Both the position numbers and the translations under genes were made by a program. This document shows positions 23,782 through 31,579 of a stretch of DNA of 34,248 bases, in pieces. The stretch spans positions 1 to 34,248 of the forward strand of contig JAZSDJ010000083.1 in NCBI GenBank assembly GCA_045531105.1. Direction: 5' to 3'. The first letter of the stretch is position 1. Each line of letters opens with the position of its first letter. This stretch comes from Eubacteriales bacterium. Its GTDB lineage: Bacteria > Bacillota > Clostridia > Oscillospirales > CAG-272. The notes beneath the pieces were generated by a model that ran no database searches, was not told where the DNA came from, and saw nothing but the letters and a program-made list of their open reading frames with translations.

Positions 23782-25785
23782 ATGGGCGATTGTCTTAAAT
23801 ATGATATTAAAAATGGCAAATTTATCGACACTCGCTCGGGCGTTTGCATTCTCGACGCGCCAAGAGTTTGCTACACTTTTGAAAGTGACGATATAACAAC
23901 AGGTGAAAAGCCTTGGGGCGTGCCTTACATTGACAGAGAGGACTGTGCAAAAGTCGAAGGCAACTCACTTATCTATGACAAGTCAAAATCGGTTGTGACT
24001 GTAAGTCCTTTGGGTGACGGATTTTTGCTCGACCTAAAATGCGAAGGCGATAAAATTGACGAACTTGGACTGGTTCTTCCCTTCAATTTCATGGGTAAAA
24101 AGGGTGGAAAATGGCAAGAGCAACTTCTTTTTAACTCCCCTTACATATCAAACGACAGAAAAATTATCTACTCTTACCTTTCAAATCCAAATGGCAACGA
24201 CCTTGTCACTTGCGTTTTAAGCGAGGCTGATGGTTGGAAAATGGACTACTCCCCCTTCTCTTTTGGGCATTATTTTATAAATTTGAGGTTTTTGGCTAAC
24301 TTCGACAAAGTATACAAAACCAAGAGCAAAAGAAACTCTTTGCGCGTGGCACTATTGCCTTGCTGTGGCTTTCCTGACGCTCTTGATAAATTGAGTAAAA
24401 TTTACAGTGTTCCTTTTATGGATTACTCCATAGGTGGAGGACAAATTGGCGACAAAATAAGACTCGTTCCACACGGGAAAATCGACACACTCGTTGAAGT
24501 TTTTGACGGAAAAGAGAGAGTTTTGCCATATCGTGACGAGTACGAACTCTACCACTTAGGCGAGGTTTCTATAATCCCTGTTTCCGAGGGCAAAAGGGGC
24601 GCTGGTATAACTCTTTATGCCTACAACAATCTTCTTGACCTTTACAAGCGCTCAATAGACACAGTTGACCTTGAAATTATAAAAAAGCACACTGACTCAA
24701 ACCTTTGTGAGCATCAGTGCTGGGCAAGCGCAACGCTTCGCTATCTTTTAAATTATAAAGACACCTTAACAGATGCCGAAGTGGCGAATTACGAGACGAG
24801 ACTTCGCTCGCTTTTGTTGACGCTTACCGAACAAGACCCGAACCTTGCGATGCCAAGAATTACCATTTTAAAAATGCCTCACGAGGGATTTGGCGCTTTC
24901 AATGTATTCAAATCAAGGCGCGTTCAGGAGTTGTTTTTCGGCATTACAATTTTGCTTGATGCGTACAAATATTTTGGCGATAAAATCTATTACGAATACG
25001 CTGTTGGAGCAACTGACTGCCTTATTCGTGACTATCAAGACGAAAGTGGTCGAATTTTTATAGATTGGGGAGATAAAAAAGACGACTACACAACAGTTTG
25101 CGCTCCTATGATACCACTTGTCGATATGGCAAACTTCCTTCGTGACAAGGACAAGGCAAAAAGCGACAAGTATTTTGAGTGTGCCGAAAAAATGGCATCT
25201 TACCTTTACGAAAGAGGACTAAATTTCCCAACCGAGGGCGTTTCTTCCGACCTTGTAGAGGAAGAAATGGAAGATGGCTCCATTTCTTGTACAGCCCTTT
25301 GTCTTCTCTATTTTTGCAAAAACGTGCGCCCTTGTGTCGATTACATAAAAAAAGCAAGAGAAATTCTCAAAATTCATGACACTTGGGTTATAAAAACCCC
25401 TATTTGTCAAATGCACGGTTCTTCCCTTCGTTGGTGGGAAACCCAATGGGAAGGAGATGCTGACGGACCCGCAATTTGTGCAGGTCACGCGTGGAGCATT
25501 TGGCGCGCTGAGGCTGATTATCTTTTCTATGAAATCACAAAAGAAGAGGAGTATCTAACGCGTGCTAAAAATGGGTTTATGACTAACCTTTCCAAAATTG
25601 ACAAAGACGGAAAAAGTTACGCTATTTATTCTCCCGACGAGATAACGGGTGGCGGATTTTTCTCAAAGTCCGAACAGGTTCGTCTTGAAATTGCCCCTCG
25701 TTTCCCACGCACCGAGGACTGTGGTCTTTCGAGGTATGTGTGGATTAGAATGAATGATACATTTTTAAACGAATATAAATTATAA
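23782..25785 (+). CDS. Uncharacterised protein (about 667 aa) with a beta-rich N-terminus and a probable alpha/alpha-toroid, glycosidase-like C-terminus
   Basis: ATG after AGGGGG; recurring helix-hairpin patterns (LLDAYKYFGDKIYYEYA, YFECAEKMASYL, YEITKEEEYLTRA); Trp/Glu-rich WWETQWEGD. The fold call is inference. Confidence 0.7.
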   Translation: MGDCLKYDIKNGKFIDTRSGVCILDAPRVCYTFESDDITTGEKPWGVPYIDREDCAKVEGNSLIYDKSKSVVTVSPLGDGFLLDLKCEGDKIDELGLVLPFNFMGKKGGKWQEQLLFNSPYISNDRKIIYSYLSNPNGNDLVTCVLSEADGWKMDYSPFSFGHYFINLRFLANFDKVYKTKSKRNSLRVALLPCCGFPDALDKLSKIYSVPFMDYSIGGGQIGDKIRLVPHGKIDTLVEVFDGKERVLPYRDEYELYHLGEVSIIPVSEGKRGAGITLYAYNNLLDLYKRSIDTVDLEIIKKHTDSNLCEHQCWASATLRYLLNYKDTLTDAEVANYETRLRSLLLTLTEQDPNLAMPRITILKMPHEGFGAFNVFKSRRVQELFFGITILLDAYKYFGDKIYYEYAVGATDCLIRDYQDESGRIFIDWGDKKDDYTTVCAPMIPLVDMANFLRDKDKAKSDKYFECAEKMASYLYERGLNFPTEGVSSDLVEEEMEDGSISCTALCLLYFCKNVRPCVDYIKKAREILKIHDTWVIKTPICQMHGSSLRWWETQWEGDADGPAICAGHAWSIWRAEADYLFYEITKEEEYLTRAKNGFMTNLSKIDKDGKSYAIYSPDEITGGGFFSKSEQVRLEIAPRFPRTEDCGLSRYVWIRMNDTFLNEYKL

Positions 25786-25795
25786 GGAAAAAATT

Positions 25796-27625
25796 ATGAA
25801 AAAATTAATAGCGCTTTTAATTGCTGTTTTGATGGTTTTGAGTTTCTCTCTTGTTTCTTGTAACAAAGACGAGGGTGACGATAGCAACTCAACCATTGAA
25901 AGTTCATCAAGTGAGAGTTCAAGTAGTTCGTCAAGCGAAGAATCTTCGAGTGAGGAATCCTCAACCGAATCAGACGACACAGGCTCTACCCCTACAACTT
26001 GGGAAAGCACCGCATCAGCCGAAGTTCAATTAAAGGTTGAAGAACTTTTACAAAGCAAGCACAAACTTACATACAACGAAGATGGTTCTTTCAGAGTTGC
26101 TATATTTGCCGACATGCACATTGATGTGGGTGATGATTTAGGTCAACTCGCAAGAGCCAAGGAGAACATAAAGAAAATCGTCGACGAGCAAAAGCCAAAC
26201 CTTGTTGTTTTTACAGGCGACAACATAATAAACTCATCAAACTCAGCCAAGGCAAGGCAAAACATTAACGCGATTGTAAGTTACCTTGAAGAAAAGAAAA
26301 TTCCTTGGTGTCATGTTTACGGAAATCACGACCACGAGAATTCAATTTCCAAGGAAGCACAACAGGCAATTTATGAATCATATGAGTATTGCATTTCAAA
26401 AACAGGTCCTGATCTTTCAGGAGTTGGCAACTATGTTCATGGAGTTTATAAATCAGACGGTTCGCTTGGAGCGGTGCTCTACTGTATTGACAGTGGCGCG
26501 TATGTTGCCTCTGGCTCAGGACACCCTGGCTATTACGATTTTATAAAAGAAGACCAGATTGATTGGTACGAGGAAACTTCGAGCCTTCTTCAAGAATACA
26601 ATAACGGAAAAGTCGTTCATGGTATAATGGCATTCCATATTCCTCTTGTCGAAAACAGAGATGCCAACGCGAACAAGAACGACAAAACACTCGTTTATGA
26701 ATATTCTGGTGGTGTAAATGAAGGTATGTGTCCGTCAGAAGTTGATACAGAACTTCTCGAAACAATTTGGGAGCGTGGCGATATAAAAGCGATTGTAACT
26801 GGTCACGACCACAAAAACGACTATATGTTCAACTACAAGGGTGTAAAACTCACCTCATCTCCTACTATAAGTGAAATGGGCTACTATGACTCTGCGTTTA
26901 TGGGTTCGCGTATTTTCGACCTCAATGCAAGTACAATAACTGATGTTCCAACCTATGTTGCATATCTTATCAAAAGGTTTAACCCTGATGATTTTGACGC
27001 ACTTGATTCAAACATCTCTGCTGAGGATTTCGAGGGAACAATAAACGCACCTATCATCTCTGGCTATGCAAGCAGCGCACTTAATGGCACTGCCTCCACA
27101 GAGGTTGTAGCAGAAAAGGGTGTTAATAGTTCAAGCGCACTTGAAGTAAAGCGAAGCGATAAATCAAACTTTGAGTTCGTTATGGAATTCAACGAAAAGG
27201 GCAAGGTCGGAGACAATAAATATATTATTGTTTGGATGGATTTGACTAACATAGAGTTTAGAAAGGCGTGTATTGGTCTTTATTCCAGCGATGGAACAGA
27301 ATCCCCTTACAGAACTGACGATAACGACTATTCAAGTCCAAAATTTTATTATCTTGCAGACAACAGTGACTCGTGGGTGCAACTTTCTCACGGTTGGGAC
27401 GGATGCTTTGGTCCTGGCGATGGTGGCGCTGCTATGATAGGCAGAAAGGGCTACTTTGCATTCGCTATTGACGACCTTCGCCAAGCCTCAAAGGCGATGA
27501 CCAAGGACACTCTTGTAGCGGGCTTCTACTTCTATGGCTCTCTTGAATCTGATTCTTATGTAGATATTCCTTTCTACATTGACAGCATTTCCCTTGTTGA
27601 AGACTATACTACATTTGAAAGATAA
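25796..27625 (+). CDS. Lipoprotein calcineurin-like metallophosphoesterase (Dcr2-like) with C-terminal beta-sandwich domain
   Basis: Lipobox LVSC and Ser/Glu linker; all five metal motifs ADMH, TGD, GNHD, FHIP and GHDH; about 200-aa aromatic beta-rich C-terminal domain. Confidence 0.88.
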   Translation: MKKLIALLIAVLMVLSFSLVSCNKDEGDDSNSTIESSSSESSSSSSSEESSSEESSTESDDTGSTPTTWESTASAEVQLKVEELLQSKHKLTYNEDGSFRVAIFADMHIDVGDDLGQLARAKENIKKIVDEQKPNLVVFTGDNIINSSNSAKARQNINAIVSYLEEKKIPWCHVYGNHDHENSISKEAQQAIYESYEYCISKTGPDLSGVGNYVHGVYKSDGSLGAVLYCIDSGAYVASGSGHPGYYDFIKEDQIDWYEETSSLLQEYNNGKVVHGIMAFHIPLVENRDANANKNDKTLVYEYSGGVNEGMCPSEVDTELLETIWERGDIKAIVTGHDHKNDYMFNYKGVKLTSSPTISEMGYYDSAFMGSRIFDLNASTITDVPTYVAYLIKRFNPDDFDALDSNISAEDFEGTINAPIISGYASSALNGTASTEVVAEKGVNSSSALEVKRSDKSNFEFVMEFNEKGKVGDNKYIIVWMDLTNIEFRKACIGLYSSDGTESPYRTDDNDYSSPKFYYLADNSDSWVQLSHGWDGCFGPGDGGAAMIGRKGYFAFAIDDLRQASKAMTKDTLVAGFYFYGSLESDSYVDIPFYIDSISLVEDYTTFER

Positions 27626-27631
27626 ATAAAT

Positions 27632-27659
27632 AAAACCCAACGAATTTTCGTTGGGTTTT
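27632..27659. terminator. Bidirectional intrinsic terminator
   Basis: AAAACCCAACGAA-tt-TTCGTTGGGTTTT between convergent genes. Confidence 0.85.
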
Positions 27660-27673
27660 TCTATTATGTTAGA

Positions 27674-28555
27674 TTATTTTTTATCAACAGTGATAACTAT
27701 TTTTCTTGTTTCGTCATAACCAACAGAGTGTGTTGAAACACCGTCGATTTTTTGAACTTCGCTATGAATAATGCGTCTTTCATAAGGGTTCATTGGGTCA
27801 AGGTGAATATTTCTTCCTTGACGAAGCGCTTTGTCTGCCATTTTTCTTGCAAGAGCGCGAAGTGTTTCTTCTCTCTTTGCACGATAATTCTCAATATCAA
27901 CGATTACCTTTACATATTCCTTGTTATCGCCTTCGCTCTTGCGTGCAAGACAAAGGTTTGCAAGGTATTGAATAGCGTCAAGTGTTTCTCCGTGATGACC
28001 GATAAGAATTGACGCTTTCTCGCCCTCTATGGTAACTACTCTTGAAACAAAGCCTTCTGTATTAGGTGTAAGGTCGCCTTTTACCTCACAATCAAAGCCG
28101 ATATTTGCAATAAACGACTTAATAAAATCCATTGCAAGTTGCTTTTCTTGTGGTGTAACTTTGATGTCCTCATCTTTTATTGGCGCGCGCTCAGGTTGCT
28201 GTTGTGGTTGCGCTTTTTTCTTTTGAGCGGGCTTGTTTTGCTGTGGCTTTTGAGCGTTTTGCTTTTCGCTTTGTGGTTTTGTTTCTTTCTTTGGTTGATT
28301 TTGTGTTGAATTTTGTTTGTTTTCTTTTTTCTCGGGTTTCTTTTCGGACTTCTTCTCGCTCTTTCTCTCTGGCTTGCCATCGTCAATTACAACAACGATT
28401 TCAGCCTGCTGAGCGCCAAAAATTCCAAGAAATCCTTTTTTACCCTCTGTAACAACTGTTGAGTTTACAATTTCGCCAAGGCTTGAATATTGCGAAACCG
28501 CTTTTGTATAAGCATCTTCAACAGTCTTTCCTGTTACTGTATATTCAAATTTCAT
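27674..28555 (-). CDS. jag: RNA-binding protein Jag/EloR/KhpB
   Basis: Jag_N domain (GKTVEDA, KKGFLGIFG), KH domain (LIGHHGETLDAIQYL) and R3H domain (MNPYERRIIH); follows yidC. Confidence 0.97.
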   Translation of the reverse strand: MKFEYTVTGKTVEDAYTKAVSQYSSLGEIVNSTVVTEGKKGFLGIFGAQQAEIVVVIDDGKPERKSEKKSEKKPEKKENKQNSTQNQPKKETKPQSEKQNAQKPQQNKPAQKKKAQPQQQPERAPIKDEDIKVTPQEKQLAMDFIKSFIANIGFDCEVKGDLTPNTEGFVSRVVTIEGEKASILIGHHGETLDAIQYLANLCLARKSEGDNKEYVKVIVDIENYRAKREETLRALARKMADKALRQGRNIHLDPMNPYERRIIHSEVQKIDGVSTHSVGYDETRKIVITVDKK

Positions 28556-28573
28556 ATTGTTTTTCCTTTTTTA

Positions 28574-29515
28574 TTAGTCTTTCTTACTTGTTCCCTTATA
28601 CTCTCGCTCTGCCTTTTTATAATCTTCGTCTGTGAATACAGGGTACGGCATGATTTTGTAGAACAGGAACTGTTGACCCATTGAGAGAATGGTTCTGAAA
28701 ATCCAGTAAATACCAATCGCCGCTGCGAATTGGAATGTGATAACCATTGTCATAAGCGGAAGAATATACATCATTACTTTCATTGATGAATTGTTCATTT
28801 GCTCCGCTTGTGGATTTTGGTACGAAAGTTTTCTTGACAAAAACTGTGAAAGGTACATAAATCCAAGGTTAAGAATTGGTATGAAAACGAGCCACCAGAA
28901 TGATGTTCCAAAACTCTCCCAAGGTGTCATTCCAAGGTCGGTTTTGAACATTACCATATTTGGAAGTTCTTCAATTCCACCAACTCCCGAAAGTGCTTCT
29001 TGAAGTTCGGGCGCCAATGTGTTCACTGTGTCTGGATTTGCTTTAAGATTAGAAATTATCTTTATCTGTGCAATAGTGTCCTTTGCATAGTTTTCACCAA
29101 GAGCGAGCGCTTTATAAAGTGCCTCGCATGTGTCCTTGGCAAAGCCTGTGATAAATTCAAGAGGACGAATTACTACTTGGTAAATCGGAAAGATGATAAT
29201 GAGTTGGAGCACCATTGGAAGACAGCCCGCGAGTTGCGAATAGCCCTCTCTTTGATAAAGGTCCATTATCTCACCTTGCATCTTTTTAAGTGTTACCTGG
29301 TCGTTTCTTCCCTTATATTTCTTTCTTATCGCCATTTCCTTTGGACGAAGTGACGCTTGCATTACCATGTTCTTTTGCTGTTTTATACCAAACGGACAGA
29401 GCAAAAGTTGCATAGCAAGAGCGAACAAAAGTAACGCCAAAACATAGTTATTTAATGTGAGCCAAGAACAGCCCTTCATTACATAACCTAATATTTTTGC
29501 TAACCAGTCAAACAT
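28574..29515 (-). CDS. yidC: Membrane protein insertase YidC/Oxa1, downstream paralogue
   Basis: P..IKQQK, P....I.KKY, LY..EG....AGCLPM..Q, M....P.M and IYW......QQ; AGGAG RBS. Confidence 0.95.
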   Translation of the reverse strand: MFDWLAKILGYVMKGCSWLTLNNYVLALLLFALAMQLLLCPFGIKQQKNMVMQASLRPKEMAIRKKYKGRNDQVTLKKMQGEIMDLYQREGYSQLAGCLPMVLQLIIIFPIYQVVIRPLEFITGFAKDTCEALYKALALGENYAKDTIAQIKIISNLKANPDTVNTLAPELQEALSGVGGIEELPNMVMFKTDLGMTPWESFGTSFWWLVFIPILNLGFMYLSQFLSRKLSYQNPQAEQMNNSSMKVMMYILPLMTMVITFQFAAAIGIYWIFRTILSMGQQFLFYKIMPYPVFTDEDYKKAEREYKGTSKKD

Positions 29516-29585
29516 TTTTATCTCCTATGTTTTTGCCAACTTTTTGAGTTGACACGGTCTTTTCTTTTTAATAAAACAATATTTA

Positions 29586-30542
29586 TTACTCTTCTTTTTC
29601 TTTCTTTTCTTCAAGCAAGCCTATTTCCGCTTCCGCCTTTTTGAACTCCTCGTCAGAAATAACGGGGTATGGCATTGCAAAATGCAAAATAACTTGTTGA
29701 ATCATTGAAAGAATTGTTCTGAAAATCCAGTAAATACCAATCGCCGCTGCAAATTGGAATGTAATAAACATTGTCATAAGCGGAAGAGCAAGAGTCATTA
29801 CCATCATTGACGATGTGTTTGGCATTTGCTCAGCGCGTGGGTTATGATACATAAATCTCTTTGACAAGAATTGGGAAAGATAGGTGAATCCAAGGTTGAG
29901 AACAGGTATGAAAACGAGCCACCAAAACGATGTTCCAAAACTGTCCCAAGGTGTCATTCCAAGGTCAGTATTAAACATTACCATGTTTGGAAGTTCTTCA
30001 ATTCCACCAACACCTGATATCGCCTCTTGAAGTTCCGCCGAAAACGAATTTAAACGGCTCGGGTCTTGTTTGAGTGCGGAAATTATTCTTATTTGCGAAA
30101 TTGAATCCTTGGCATAATTATCACCAAGCGCAAGCGCAGAATAAAGCGCCTCACAAGTCTCTTGTGCAAAACCCGTGATAAATTCGAGTGGACGAATTAC
30201 CACCTGATAAATTGGGAAGATTATGATAAGTTGAAAAATCATTGGAAGACATCCACCAAATTGAGAAATTCCTGCATCTTGATAAAGTGCCATTATCTCT
30301 GATTGGGCTTGTCTTATTGACATTTCGTCTGTCTTGCCTTTGTATTTTTTTCTTATAGCCATCTCTTTTGGGCTGAGTTTTACTCTTCTTATCATATCGA
30401 ATTGTTGCTTAATACTCAACGGGCAAAGCAACACTTGCATAAGAAAAGCAAACAAAAGCAAAGCCAACACATAGTTATTTGATGTGAGCCAAGAACAGCC
30501 CTTCATTACATAACCAAATATTTTTGCTAACCAATCAAACAT
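29586..30542 (-). CDS. yidC: Membrane protein insertase YidC/Oxa1, upstream paralogue
   Basis: Same motif set ([15 protein letters not shown]...QQ). ATG 30542 aligns with the paralogue start and has better RBS spacing than ATG 30548. Confidence 0.95.
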   Translation of the reverse strand: MFDWLAKIFGYVMKGCSWLTSNNYVLALLLFAFLMQVLLCPLSIKQQFDMIRRVKLSPKEMAIRKKYKGKTDEMSIRQAQSEIMALYQDAGISQFGGCLPMIFQLIIIFPIYQVVIRPLEFITGFAQETCEALYSALALGDNYAKDSISQIRIISALKQDPSRLNSFSAELQEAISGVGGIEELPNMVMFNTDLGMTPWDSFGTSFWWLVFIPVLNLGFTYLSQFLSKRFMYHNPRAEQMPNTSSMMVMTLALPLMTMFITFQFAAAIGIYWIFRTILSMIQQVILHFAMPYPVISDEEFKKAEAEIGLLEEKKEKEE

Positions 30543-30795
30543 CTTCATTCTCTCCTGTTTTTCCCTGCCTTTTCAGCGTAAATCTGTCAGGCACTGGGTC
30601 ATAACCACCTTTGCAAAAAGGATTACATCTTAAAACTCTCCAAATTGTGAGTATTGAACCCTTTATCGCTCCGTGTTTATCAAGCGCGTCAAGTGCGTAT
30701 TGTGAACATGTGGGCGTAAACCGACACGAATTCGGCAAAATCGGCGAGATAAACTTACGGTAAAGTTTTATGAAAAATTTAAGAATTTTTTTCAT
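30535..30795 (-). CDS. yidD: Membrane protein insertion efficiency factor YidD
   Basis: Y...ISP....[14 protein letters not shown] and R.LRCNPF..GGYDPVP. Confidence 0.98.
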   Translation of the reverse strand: MKKILKFFIKLYRKFISPILPNSCRFTPTCSQYALDALDKHGAIKGSILTIWRVLRCNPFCKGGYDPVPDRFTLKRQGKTGENEDV

Positions 30796-31168
30796 CTCTT
30801 ATGAATTTTAAAGCCTTTACGGCTGATGAAAGGTCCTTTTTTATATCGTTGCTCGTCGCGCCAATCGCGCTCGCTCTGGCAACAATAACAATAAGAAAAC
30901 CTTTTTTAAGATTATGCTCTTTTTCGGTCTGTCTTAATCCCTCACGCAAAATTCTTTTTACTCTGTTTCGTATATGAGCCTTGCCCAACTTTTTCGAAAC
31001 AGTAAGACCGATTCTGTTAATGTACTTTTTCTCGGGGTTTGCGTTCATTAGTTTGAACGCCTTGAAATCTTTCATAATATAGACAACTACAAATTTGCCT
31101 ATAAATTTATTCCCCTTTGCGTAAGTTTTCGAGTATAAATGGTTTTCGCTGATTGCGATATGCTTCAT
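30779..31168 (-). CDS. rnpA: Ribonuclease P protein component
   Basis: [25 protein letters not shown] motif; ATG 31168 follows GAGGTG. Confidence 0.96.
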   Translation of the reverse strand: MKHIAISENHLYSKTYAKGNKFIGKFVVVYIMKDFKAFKLMNANPEKKYINRIGLTVSKKLGKAHIRNRVKRILREGLRQTEKEHNLKKGFLIVIVARASAIGATSNDIKKDLSSAVKALKFIRDEKNS

Positions 31169-31240
31169 ATGCACCTCTTTGTAGCCAAATCGCTACACTT
31201 GATAGTACTTGATTTTAAGACTCTCGTCTGTGTGATTTTA

Positions 31241-31274
31241 GAAAAATGTCCCCGAAGTTTTGTTCGGGGACATT
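31241..31274 (-). terminator. Intrinsic terminator or attenuator between rpmH and rnpA
   Basis: AATGTCCCCGAA/TTCGGGGACATT 12-bp stem, followed by a T tract on the minus strand. Confidence 0.75.
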
Positions 31275-31300
31275 ACTTCTTAAACTAATTTGCTTCGGAA

Positions 31301-31435
31301 TTAGTATGTGAGTCTTGCACGACCCTTTGCGCGTCTTCTCTTCAAAACTTTTCTTCCGTCAGCAGTTCTCATTCTTTTTCTGAAACCATGTTCCTTTTTT
31401 CTTTGACGTTTCTTTGGTTGGTAAGTTCTTAACAT
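31301..31435 (-). CDS. rpmH: 50S ribosomal protein L34 (not in the ORF track)
   Basis: Translated by hand as [44 protein letters not shown]; AAGGAGGT RBS; lies upstream of rnpA. Confidence 0.99.
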   Translation of the reverse strand: MLRTYQPKKRQRKKEHGFRKRMRTADGRKVLKRRRAKGRARLTY

Positions 31436-31521
31436 AGTTGCACCTCCTTAATAAATAAATTGGGGCTATATTCAGCATCAATTTAAAGCCAATTTATCTT
31501 CTCGATTTCAAGACAAGGTAT

Positions 31522-31551
31522 ATTATACACGCACAATATACATTTTGTCAA
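31522..31551 (-). promoter_or_regulatory. SigA promoter of the rpmH operon
   Basis: Minus strand TTGACA (31551-31546), 18 bp spacer, TATAAT (31527-31522). Confidence 0.75.
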
Positions 31552-31579
31552 GTCTTTTTTTACATATGACTAATATTTT

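Noticed and set aside
17531-27625. Accessory genes as an intact integrated island at tRNA-Ser
   Set aside because: No integrase is present, the only 3'-end duplicate lies before these genes, I saw no distal att copy, and the promoter and RBS style matches the host.
29516-29585. MifM-like arrest-peptide control of the second yidC
   Set aside because: The 70-bp gap has only a small hairpin (TGTCAACT/AGTTGGCA on the minus strand) that does not cover the RBS, and no leader ORF with a TM segment.
31436-31579. oriC or DnaA-box cluster
   Set aside because: Only one imperfect box (TTATACACG at 31523) is present and it coincides with the rpmH -10 element; dnaA is absent.
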